Part shown: piece by piece, positions 38,153-46,965 of the stretch
Layout of the letters: each line of letters starts with the position of its first letter
Numbering within the stretch: position 1 is the first letter of the stretch
Assembly (NCBI GenBank): GCA_947039315.1
Contig: CAMQYM010000004.1
Span: forward strand, 291 to 64,290
DNA from: an uncultured Porphyromonadaceae bacterium
Lineage (GTDB): Bacteria > Bacteroidota > Bacteroidia > Bacteroidales > Muribaculaceae
Direction: 5' to 3'
DNA length: 64,000 nucleotides
Notes under the pieces: model-generated
Told to the model about the DNA's origin: nothing
The model's input: the letters and a program-made list of their open reading frames with translations, nothing else
Database searches by the model: none
Translations under genes and position numbers: made by a program

Positions 38153-39199
38153 CTATTCCTGTAAGTACTTTTTCCCTTGCCGCACATAGATGCGCCCTTT
38201 TTCAGGAACCCGCACCTTGCGTCCTTCGAGGTCATAGATCTCCTCGCAACCTTTGTCGGAAAGGACTTCTTCCACTCCGGTGGTCGGCTCCATGAACTCA
38301 TCGTTAACGAATTTCTTGAGTCCTCCGTCCAGGAAGGTCACCCACACCGTATCCCCGTCGGGAATGATTGATGTTATGGCATCGTTATCATTAACGCTTT
38401 TGCAACTGAATTTATTGAATAAAAACCCTTCGCCGCGAACAAGAACATTGCCGGCTGCGAACCAGATCACATCTCCATCGCAGGCCACTGCGGAGCATTC
38501 CGCCGGCATTGCGCTGACTGTGTGCTCGAACGGAGTGTATTTCCCATCGCTGTATTTCATCATTCCCTTCTCGGTGGCTGCGACCACTGTCCCGTCCTCC
38601 AACACGCAGAGTCCGCTGATATTGGCCGAAGACCCGGGAATGAACTTAAGCGAATTGCCGTCGACGTATCCTAATTTGTCACCCTTGGTGTTGCTCTGCA
38701 CGCCGAACCACATCCGGCTGTCTTCTTTCGACCATGCCAGAGTCTGGAAACTGTAGAACGATGAAGTCGGTTCGGGTCCGTCGAATTTCTCATCTTCCTC
38801 ATTTGGAAGTCTATGAAGAATCATTTGGGATGCTCCCACCCACAGTCCGTCTGCGAATACTATGGATTTTACGTTCTGCGTGTGGATGGTATCGAAGTCA
38901 ATACCGGAAAACAGATTGTCCTTAAACGTGGCTACGCCTCTGTAGCCCGGGCCTCCTGCGAATACCAGACCGTCGGCCACTGTGACTGCGGTGATGTCAT
39001 TGAATCCCTGAGATGCGAATGTGTTCTGCTCTCCTGTTGATTTGTCAAACCGCATCAGGCCCTCGCTTGTAGCAACCCATACCGCATCGGTGTCGACCGC
39101 CGCCTGATAATAGCGTGTGTTCCCCTTTCCTGAGGCGGATACGCCCGAGACCGCCAGCATCATGGCCGCCAGCCCCATTTCTTTTATAAACTTTCCCAT
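38153..39199 (-). CDS. Secreted repeat (beta-propeller-like) protein with a short T9SS-type C-terminal sorting segment
   Basis: Signal peptide; repeated units of about 45 aa (…AVWVATSEGLMRFD…, …GLWVGASQ…, …VIWFAAGN…). The C-terminus EIYDLEGRKVRVPEKGRIYVRQGKKYLQE resembles a T9SS CTD. Confidence 0.6.
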   Translation of the reverse strand: MGKFIKEMGLAAMMLAVSGVSASGKGNTRYYQAAVDTDAVWVATSEGLMRFDKSTGEQNTFASQGFNDITAVTVADGLVFAGGPGYRGVATFKDNLFSGIDFDTIHTQNVKSIVFADGLWVGASQMILHRLPNEEDEKFDGPEPTSSFYSFQTLAWSKEDSRMWFGVQSNTKGDKLGYVDGNSLKFIPGSSANISGLCVLEDGTVVAATEKGMMKYSDGKYTPFEHTVSAMPAECSAVACDGDVIWFAAGNVLVRGEGFLFNKFSCKSVNDNDAITSIIPDGDTVWVTFLDGGLKKFVNDEFMEPTTGVEEVLSDKGCEEIYDLEGRKVRVPEKGRIYVRQGKKYLQE

Positions 39200-39200
39200 A

Positions 39201-41621
39201 TCAAAAACCTTTAGTTACTTTTTTAACAAATAGTTCTCCATTAACCATGTATCTGACAAGATACAATCCCTCCGAAGGTAATTCGGTGCTTATGTTGTAA
39301 GAACCGGCTTCTATTTCTTTAGGCGTAATAAGATTCTTTACAATTGATCCGTCTTTATTCAGTATTGCTAAAGAAACGTACGAATGTTTCTCTAACTGAA
39401 TATTGATGTCAACAGCTCCTTGACATAGATTGATGCTGAAGTTATTGTTGATTGGATTACTCTGTGATTTCTGAGAATCCTTTTCAGGCATATTTTGATT
39501 CGAAGGGAGCATTTGTTTAAGTAAATGCTTCAGGTTGGTGGATATAGTCCTGACAATCAGTTTGCCATCCGCATCATATTTCAGGTTGTTGTTGGCGATC
39601 TGGATGTTAAGTAAATTGTTTAACGCACTGCTGTTGTTCGAGATGAATAAATCCTCAAAAAGAGGAATAACGCTTTGAATACCTTTATTGAGTTTGTCGA
39701 ATACCAGATAGTTCAAGCTATTATTGTTTCTACATAAATTCAATAGCATCGTGTAGGTCTCACAATTCTTGATTTTGTCAGGGTTGCTATAGATTGAACT
39801 GTTCCATATTCCATCCCACGCATTATACAAAGTCTCAAAATTAGTCCTTGTCTGCGAATTGATATTGTTTATCGAATTAAGAATAAAAGCTTCTTGACCG
39901 GAAGTTAATTTAACATTATCTATCGTAGCAAGATTGTTTGCGATGGCACTTTCAAGACTGGAATCTTCGGTTCCGGAGTTAGAAACGCGATAATATTGTA
40001 ATACTTTTCCATAGGATGTTCCTGATAATGCGTTACGAGGGTGAAAAGTGCGGGTAAGAGATCCCGGTTTACTTTCCCAATCATAACCATGATGGTTCTT
40101 GTCGGAATTTTTGGATATGGATCCATGGGTATATTCGTATACACCATTATTTAGAAATCCCCATAAATCTACCGCGCTGTTGTTTGCTGTAGCTCCTGAA
40201 CGGGTGTACCTTATACATCCGGGGAAACGTTCTGAGGAGTAAAATAAGTCAAAACATGCTAACGAGTTTGCCTCTCCGTGTATATAATATGCTGACCCAG
40301 GATAGCAAGGCCATTCCCAATAGGAAGTTATTCCGCCAGTCCACGAAATACAGTTATAAGTGGAAGATGCGAGTCCTGATGCCAATGCATCGTCTTCCTT
40401 TAGATTTTCGAAATAGTAGGTGACAGGGCTTGACTTACAGCCTGCATATATTTCGCAATTTCCGATTGGATTGAATGAACTTGATGACGATATAACCATT
40501 CTGGATACATCGATGATTTTGGGAAGTTTTTGTTTTATTCTTGAATTATAATTCCACTCATAATCTCCTTTTGACGCGTAATTGTCATTATAAGCGAATA
40601 CGGTGCAATTAGAAGGGGAATCGCCTTTCATAAGCCAGATTATCGGATCACAGCCATTGCTGACAGTGAATATGTTCTGAGTGTTTGAGGAGTCGACAAA
40701 CTTGCCGAGGTTGACACCCATAGAACATATTGGAACGTTTTCATACCTCATTTGATTATTGACAATCAAATTGCATAGTCCTGTTGTCCCGTTTTTGTAA
40801 GTTCTGACCTTAATGATATAGGTGCCAGAACGAGGAATAGTCACGACTAATTGGGCTTTGCCATCTTTCGAAATTGCGCTCCATGAATTTTTATCAGGAA
40901 AACCTGAGTCGAACACTTCAAGAAAATGCTGTATTCCATTGACTCCTTCGGAGGCACATATAACCGTCTGACCCTGTCTGAAATATGCATTTGTATAGAA
41001 TGTATATCCGAACCATGGAACTTCGCGATATTGAAAATCATACGGCACGTATGGTTCGAAATTACCGGAAGTTGCGCTTATGGTGTCTTTGCCGATGGTT
41101 ATGTCAGAGTTGGATCTGTATCTCACAGAGTTGGTATTTTGTGAGATTGCGGATATATAATCGCGATACGAGGAGGATTGAGACATTTTTGACTTCATTC
41201 GATCGGATGACTTATGAAGTTCTATGAACTCAATGTTCGGAATGTGAGGCAAATCCACTTTGATTGCGATTTTGTTGAGGCCCTTATTTAATATTATGGG
41301 CTCTGGTAAAGTCAGCTCGCACCATCCGGATTCCGTTGGCGTGGCTGAGATTTTTGACTCAACACCATTAATGACTACGGAATAGGATTGGAGGATTCCG
41401 TTTTCGGTTGATGCAGCGCATTGCCACATGCTGAGAGCGTATGCCCCTGTACTTGATACTGTCGCATCAAATACTATTTCTCCCGATTTCTCATTGGCAG
41501 ATCTGGATGAGATGGCGACTGTGTTTTCGGCTGAGGCACTGACTGTTGCCGTTGTGCTTGCTGTTGCATCCATGCTTATCATCGCAAGCAGACTGACGAT
41601 AAATAGGAATTTTGAATTCAT
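39201..41621 (-). CDS. T9SS type A sorting-domain protein, 806 aa, multidomain (CBM-like, two PPC-like, Cys/His domain, Asn-rich helical region, CTD)
   Basis: Signal peptide MNSKFLFIVSLLAMISMDATA. PPC-like segments SGTYIIKVRTYKNGTTG and DPIIWLMKG…AYNDNY. The C-terminal SLAILNKDGSIVK…EGLYLVRYMVNGELFVKKVTK is typical of a T9SS CTD. The gene is strongly AT-rich. Confidence 0.75.
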   Translation of the reverse strand: MNSKFLFIVSLLAMISMDATASTTATVSASAENTVAISSRSANEKSGEIVFDATVSSTGAYALSMWQCAASTENGILQSYSVVINGVESKISATPTESGWCELTLPEPIILNKGLNKIAIKVDLPHIPNIEFIELHKSSDRMKSKMSQSSSYRDYISAISQNTNSVRYRSNSDITIGKDTISATSGNFEPYVPYDFQYREVPWFGYTFYTNAYFRQGQTVICASEGVNGIQHFLEVFDSGFPDKNSWSAISKDGKAQLVVTIPRSGTYIIKVRTYKNGTTGLCNLIVNNQMRYENVPICSMGVNLGKFVDSSNTQNIFTVSNGCDPIIWLMKGDSPSNCTVFAYNDNYASKGDYEWNYNSRIKQKLPKIIDVSRMVISSSSSFNPIGNCEIYAGCKSSPVTYYFENLKEDDALASGLASSTYNCISWTGGITSYWEWPCYPGSAYYIHGEANSLACFDLFYSSERFPGCIRYTRSGATANNSAVDLWGFLNNGVYEYTHGSISKNSDKNHHGYDWESKPGSLTRTFHPRNALSGTSYGKVLQYYRVSNSGTEDSSLESAIANNLATIDNVKLTSGQEAFILNSINNINSQTRTNFETLYNAWDGIWNSSIYSNPDKIKNCETYTMLLNLCRNNNSLNYLVFDKLNKGIQSVIPLFEDLFISNNSSALNNLLNIQIANNNLKYDADGKLIVRTISTNLKHLLKQMLPSNQNMPEKDSQKSQSNPINNNFSINLCQGAVDINIQLEKHSYVSLAILNKDGSIVKNLITPKEIEAGSYNISTELPSEGLYLVRYMVNGELFVKKVTKGF

Positions 41622-41710
41622 GGTAAGTCTTTTAAAAGTTATTACAAGAAGTATTCTATATAAAATATAAAATGATATCCCTGCAAATATAATAATATAA
41701 ATTGTAATGT

Positions 41711-41718
41711 CAAAATTA
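41711..41718 (-). promoter_or_regulatory. Candidate -7 element (TAATTTTG on the minus strand) for the 806-aa T9SS gene
   Basis: Plus strand caaaatta at 41711-41718, about 90 nt upstream of the start codon at 41621. A possible -33 (caaa, 41742-41745) has a long 23-nt spacer. Confidence 0.3.
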
Positions 41719-42261
41719 ATTTGTAATATTTTTAAAAAAATCAAAAAATCTCATGTTGCTGAAATATTAAAATGGTGGAATAATATAGATAAAAGTGTTA
41801 ATACAAAATTAATCGTGGTTGATAAATGAGCAATATGTTAATGAAATATCTAATGTTAATCAATATGCTTTGAAGGATGTTTTTGCATTAATTTGCTTGA
41901 TGTGTAAAAATATTTAATATTAAAATTAATATTTTTACATTTTTCTACCGCCGAACACATTCCGCAGTGCAAGCGCACCCGATTTCTTTTGTTCTCAACT
42001 CAAAGGGGTGGGCATCATTTTGGAGGTGTAATTTGATATGGCAACATGACTCGTGTTTTTAATCCTCCTGCAGATTTGAACAGACAGATAATTACAATTT
42101 AACAGGCATATTTCAGACCAACTGTTTTATGAGGGTACTATATTGTGTAAATTGTATGCTTATCATATCAAGTTGGCTTTATTTTGTCGAAATAATGTTA
42201 AAAATTTATTTAGGTTTTAAAAATAATTCACTTTTTTCTTGCTTTTTAAGAAATTTCAACA

Positions 42262-42269
42262 TATATTTG
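42262..42269 (+). promoter_or_regulatory. Candidate -7 element TATATTTG upstream of the C25 peptidase gene
   Basis: Matches TAnnTTTG and would give a leader of about 245 nt. There is no exact -33 (cttg at the expected spacing). Confidence 0.3.
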
Positions 42270-42520
42270 CCGCATTAAAACGATATAGCACCCATCTATT
42301 GATATTTTAATGCCTTCATTGATTCTTAAAAGCCAATATATGAGAAACGTTACCTTATCTTTGTCAATAGTAATTAGAATCCCTCGGACGCATGCTGCAT
42401 GGAAAATGTGTGGAATAGCTGTAGAATGTTGGAGCTCGTTTAAAGGAGTTTTCATGTAGCTGCTGACAAACCCCATAGTCAGTGCAACCTGCGACATATT
42501 CATTCCTTACATCGCATAAA

Positions 42521-44770
42521 ATGAAAAAAACAACAATATTCCTCCTTTTGGCAGTCATTTCATCGGCAGCAATGGGGGCGGTGACGACAGAGAGCCATAT
42601 AGTCAGTTACTCAGAAAGCGACTACACGTTCTCATACGACGTGAAGGGAAACTTAGTGATAGGCACGGCGGACGGGGATGCCTCATATTCGTCGTCCGAC
42701 GAGCCCGGGCTGCCTCAGCGTTCCTTCTCGATAGCCATTCCCGGTTCACGGAAATACGCGTCATCGAGTGTGAGCTATACCAAGAGGCTGATCCGGAGCG
42801 ATGTCAGGATTGCGCCGGGTCCGATTCCGGTGCCGACGGACGGTAGAGTCGAGGACTTGCCGGCAAGGACCGTGACGTATGAAAGCAGGTCTTATCCGGC
42901 CTCCAACTGCTTCTATTCATTGAGCACGCAGTGGAGCGACCTGTCCATAGTCCATTTCATCATGACTCCGTTCGTCTATGACGCTGCGGCTCAGAAGCTA
43001 TACTTCATAGACTCCATACAGCTCTTGCTGAGGACGGAGGAAAGACCCGCCAATGAATTTGGGCTCAATACCTATGCCGATAGGGAGCTTGTTAAGAGCA
43101 TTGTCGTGAACAAAGATGCTGTCTCACGGATACCGGCGATGCGCTCCGCGTCATCTGGCGTGTCATCCGGACAGGAAAAAATCGATTATGTCGTCATCAC
43201 CAGCGAGGAGCTCAAGCCTTCCTTCGTGCCTCTTATCAGCTGGAAACTCGCCAAAGGACTGAAGTCTAAGATAATCACCACAGAGGAGATCGATTCAAAG
43301 TATCAGGGAGTCTCGGGACAGCTCCGGATCAAGAAATGTCTGTATGACCTTTATAAGAACAACTCTCTGCGGTACGCTTTGCTCGGCGGTGATGACACTG
43401 TGGTTGCAACGCGTGGATGTCTTGCTGTCATAAGAGGCAAGGAGCCTGAATCAATAATCGCAGACGATATAATCCCGACAGATCTATATTACTCATGCTT
43501 TGGCGGAAATTTTGAATGGGATGCCAATGGCAACGGCACATACGGGGAAATCGATGACAACATTGACATGACACCGTCGATATGCTTGGCCAGACTTCCT
43601 GTAAGAACTCCACAACATGTGAAATCCTTTATAGATAAACTTCTCGAATATGAGCGGAATCCCCAATGGAGGAATAATATGCTCATGAGCGGAGTCAAGC
43701 TTTCCAGTATTGAAGACGGGCGAAGTGACGCGGAAGTAAAGGGAGAAAAATTATATGAGGGTGCGATAAAGCCTTATTGGTCCGGAGAAAGCTTCATATT
43801 CTATGATACATTTACAGATTCACCGGAATCGGAGAAATATGAAGTGTCTGCCGCCAACCTGTCGGAACAGATTTCCCGGGGATATTCTTTTGTCGACATG
43901 ATCACGCATGGGCAGGTTACATATTGGGAAACGGAGTACGGCGAAAACTACAAATCCGAACATGGCATCCGTCAGAACAACACTGCGTCGACCATAGTCA
44001 CGACGATTGCGTGCTTTACAAACGCGTTCGACTATGTGTATGACCCATGTCTGAGCGAAAGCCTTATCCGCAATCCCGGAAGCGGAGTGATCGCGTATCT
44101 GGGCTGTTCCAGAAAAGGATGGTATTCAAGCAGACAGGATGACTTGGATTATTCACCACTGTATGAAAGTAAATTCTACAGGAATCTGTTTTCGAATGCA
44201 TTCCCTGAATCAAATTACGGGATGCTGGTGGCGGCTTCCAAGTTGGCCATGACTCCATATTGTACAAAAGACAATGCATACAGGTGGATTCAATTCGGAT
44301 TGAATCCCATAGGAGATCCGGAGATGCCGATACTCACATCAGTTCCGGAAAGGTTTCCGGAGTCTATTGTAAAGGAGCTGGAAGGGGAACTGAGGATCGA
44401 GACAGGGATTGACGGCTGCAGGGTGTGTGTAATGAGCGCATGGGATCAAGGGGAATCTTATTACCGTGTATGGGATGATGTGCGTAATCTGAGCGTGACC
44501 GATTTTCCGTCAAATTTCAGCATCTGCGTGACCAAACGGAATCACGTCCCGTATTACGAAGTGCGCGGCTATATTCAGGGAGAGACCCTGACCGGAACCA
44601 CAGAAATGGCGGGAGGCACCGTCAAGATCGGTTCGGAAGTCACGCCCTTGAAAGGGAATGGTCCGGTAATCTTTGAGAAAGGCTCCGTAACAAAAATCAA
44701 AGCCGGGACTACGATAATGGAATCCGGGACAGAGATAAGGCAAGGGGCAGAGGTAACTATAGTCAATTAA
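42521..44770 (+). CDS. Peptidase C25 (gingipain-family cysteine peptidase)
   Basis: Signal peptide MKKTTIFLLLAVISSAAMGA. C25 blocks IDYVVITSEEL, YALLGGDD, IPTDLYYSCFGG…ANGNG…D. Catalytic-dyad candidates are His in DMITHGQ (43907-43909) and Cys in TTIACFTN (44012-44014), 35 residues apart. Confidence 0.85.
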   Translation: MKKTTIFLLLAVISSAAMGAVTTESHIVSYSESDYTFSYDVKGNLVIGTADGDASYSSSDEPGLPQRSFSIAIPGSRKYASSSVSYTKRLIRSDVRIAPGPIPVPTDGRVEDLPARTVTYESRSYPASNCFYSLSTQWSDLSIVHFIMTPFVYDAAAQKLYFIDSIQLLLRTEERPANEFGLNTYADRELVKSIVVNKDAVSRIPAMRSASSGVSSGQEKIDYVVITSEELKPSFVPLISWKLAKGLKSKIITTEEIDSKYQGVSGQLRIKKCLYDLYKNNSLRYALLGGDDTVVATRGCLAVIRGKEPESIIADDIIPTDLYYSCFGGNFEWDANGNGTYGEIDDNIDMTPSICLARLPVRTPQHVKSFIDKLLEYERNPQWRNNMLMSGVKLSSIEDGRSDAEVKGEKLYEGAIKPYWSGESFIFYDTFTDSPESEKYEVSAANLSEQISRGYSFVDMITHGQVTYWETEYGENYKSEHGIRQNNTASTIVTTIACFTNAFDYVYDPCLSESLIRNPGSGVIAYLGCSRKGWYSSRQDDLDYSPLYESKFYRNLFSNAFPESNYGMLVAASKLAMTPYCTKDNAYRWIQFGLNPIGDPEMPILTSVPERFPESIVKELEGELRIETGIDGCRVCVMSAWDQGESYYRVWDDVRNLSVTDFPSNFSICVTKRNHVPYYEVRGYIQGETLTGTTEMAGGTVKIGSEVTPLKGNGPVIFEKGSVTKIKAGTTIMESGTEIRQGAEVTIVN

Positions 44771-44785
44771 AATAAACACTAATTT

Positions 44786-45676
44786 ATGGGAAGACGAAAA
44801 AACTGGTTATCAGTCATTATTGCAGCAGTGGTTGTTGTTTTCGGGACAGAAATCGTAAGTGCCGAGCGGGAGTATCTTCCGGTTGTTGAGGACGGAAAGT
44901 CATGGGTTATGCTTGAAATTGATCTTGACTTTCCTAACGACACCATATATTATGACATTACGGTCAAGGGTGACGTGACGGTAAAAGACACGGTATGCAG
45001 GAAGCTGTCGATAGTAGAAAGAAACGGAGATACCTTGATTGAGAAAGCGGTGTATGAAGAAAATGGAGTCACGTATTTCTATAATGGAATAGAATTGGAG
45101 CCGATATTTGATATGAAGTATCAGAAAGGAGACATATACTATCCTGTTGGCATGCCTCCTATATCATACTGGGAAGTCCTTGATTCGGATGTCATAACGA
45201 CATCAGACGGCAAGGATCGCAAAATCCTGGTTATCGGCACGAATTCGAAGCCTAAAGGAGTATGGGTTGAAGGTATCGGAGTATATGGGGTTACAATGAC
45301 ATCATCTTTTGCCATGCCGGCATCGGCCAGAGTGACCTCAAAAAGATACATGCAGTATATCGTGAGCTATCTAAATGAGGGAGAGTTATTGTTTACGCAT
45401 GATGATTTCAAACGTCTTCTTGGAGAATACACCGGAATATGCCAAACTGAACTTCCGCAACCTCTGGCAGTGGCATATACTGACGGATCGGTTTCGGCAG
45501 TATGCGACGGGAACAGTGTGTCGCTGGAGCTGTATTCCATGGACGGAAAGCTGATTGCCGGGGCTCATGGAGATGACGGCAGAGCCTTGCTGGAGACCTC
45601 GTCTCTTCCCGGCGGCATCTACATCGCCAGAGCTGCAAACGGTGAGACTACGGCAGCTCGCAAGATTACGCTGTAA
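44786..45676 (+). CDS. T9SS type A sorting-domain protein (296 aa, unknown function)
   Basis: Signal/anchor at the N-terminus. The C-terminus VSLELYSMDGKLIAG…LPGGIYIARAANGETTAARKITL is typical of a T9SS CTD. Confidence 0.7.
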   Translation: MGRRKNWLSVIIAAVVVVFGTEIVSAEREYLPVVEDGKSWVMLEIDLDFPNDTIYYDITVKGDVTVKDTVCRKLSIVERNGDTLIEKAVYEENGVTYFYNGIELEPIFDMKYQKGDIYYPVGMPPISYWEVLDSDVITTSDGKDRKILVIGTNSKPKGVWVEGIGVYGVTMTSSFAMPASARVTSKRYMQYIVSYLNEGELLFTHDDFKRLLGEYTGICQTELPQPLAVAYTDGSVSAVCDGNSVSLELYSMDGKLIAGAHGDDGRALLETSSLPGGIYIARAANGETTAARKITL

Positions 45677-45755
45677 ACAAGCGAATTGCATGGACTTAGC
45701 TTTCCTCGATACGAAGTATCGGATTTCCATAGCTCTCAGATAACACAAAATATGA

Positions 45756-45787
45756 CGACCGCGCCGATATCTCACCCGGCGCGGTCG
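45756..45787. terminator. GC-rich hairpin between convergent genes (bidirectional terminator candidate)
   Basis: Perfect 11-bp stem cgaccgcgccg / cggcgcggtcg with a 10-nt loop, between the T9SS gene (plus strand) and cydB (minus strand). Confidence 0.6.
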
Positions 45788-45817
45788 GATTACGTATGCG
45801 GTGCGCAGTCTCCGGGG

Positions 45818-46933
45818 TTATTTCTTTTTATCCATGGCTCGCCATACGTACCAGATGTAGGCGAGGACGAATGGAATCAGCAGGGATACCCAGCTCATCA
45901 CGGTGAGGGTGAACTCAGATGAGGAGGCGTTGCGGATGGTCAGCGACGACATCGGGTCAGTCAGCGACGGGAGGAATGCAGTGTCGTTGTAGCCTGCGGC
46001 CCAGAAGAGAGCGGCCACTACGAGGAACGTTCCGATACCGGTGAACCATATTCCCTTGCAGAAGCGGGCTGCGAAGCAGGTGCGCACCAGACCGTAGAGC
46101 ACCAGTACCACGCCGACGAGCAGTGTTACTCCGGCCCACCAGAGGTCGATGAAATTATGCAGATATTTGTACGGAGTGACTTCCAGCGAGGTCGTGAATC
46201 CCTCCGCGCTTGTCACAGTGTAGCCATTGGCTGTGAGCAGTATGCCGAGGAACCAGAGGAAGAATACCACGAAGATTCCGCCGTTGATGAGAGCCTTGGT
46301 CTTGAGCGAGCGCAACAGAGCCACGTCGTCAGGGTAGCGGTTCACCAGATACATGCACGCCTGGGTGCGGGCCAGGAAAAGGACAGCTACGCCGAGAACG
46401 AGATTGCGCCAGTTGAATATCGCCTCGAAGCCGTGAGTGTCGGCCCAGCGGGAGATTACCGGCGAGCCGGTGGTGAGAATGCTGTCGCGGCTCACTGTGA
46501 ACTCCCCGCCGAAAAAGAACATCGCCACGGCCACTCCGAGCAGCAGCGTGCCGACGGAACCGTTGATGAAGAGGAAAGCCTCGTAGGTGCGCGCCCCATA
46601 GACGTTTCCCTTCTTGCGGCGGTACTCATAACTCACTGCCTGAAGCACGAAACTGAACAGGATGAGAATCCAGAGCCAGTAGGCACCGCCGAAACTCGTG
46701 GAATAAAAAAGAGGGAAGGAAGCGAAGAGAGCTCCTCCGAAAGTGACGAGCGTGGTGAAAGTCAGCTCCCACTTCGAACCCATAGCGGAGATTATCATGT
46801 CGCGCCGGCGTTCATCGGTGCCGAGAGTATATATCATTGACTGGCCCCCCTGCACGAAGAGGAGGAACACGAGGATACCGCCGAGCACCGAGATCAGCAG
46901 CCACCAGTAATCTTGCAGACATTCAAGTGTCAT
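45818..46933 (-). CDS. cydB: Cytochrome d ubiquinol oxidase subunit II
   Basis: 371-aa polytopic membrane protein directly downstream of cydA. N-terminal LQDYWWLLISVLGGILVFLLFVQGG is typical. Confidence 0.92.
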   Translation of the reverse strand: MTLECLQDYWWLLISVLGGILVFLLFVQGGQSMIYTLGTDERRRDMIISAMGSKWELTFTTLVTFGGALFASFPLFYSTSFGGAYWLWILILFSFVLQAVSYEYRRKKGNVYGARTYEAFLFINGSVGTLLLGVAVAMFFFGGEFTVSRDSILTTGSPVISRWADTHGFEAIFNWRNLVLGVAVLFLARTQACMYLVNRYPDDVALLRSLKTKALINGGIFVVFFLWFLGILLTANGYTVTSAEGFTTSLEVTPYKYLHNFIDLWWAGVTLLVGVVLVLYGLVRTCFAARFCKGIWFTGIGTFLVVAALFWAAGYNDTAFLPSLTDPMSSLTIRNASSSEFTLTVMSWVSLLIPFVLAYIWYVWRAMDKKK

Positions 46934-46965
46934 ATCGTAATTGTTCTGTTTTCGCAGGTGAGCCC

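Noticed and set aside
42129-42284. 51-codon hydrophobic ORF (MRVLYCVNCMLIISSWLYFVEIMLK…) in the AT-rich spacer.
   Set aside because: It spans the candidate -7 promoter box of the C25 gene and lies in about 25-30% G+C DNA, where such frames arise by chance. It has no upstream promoter of its own.
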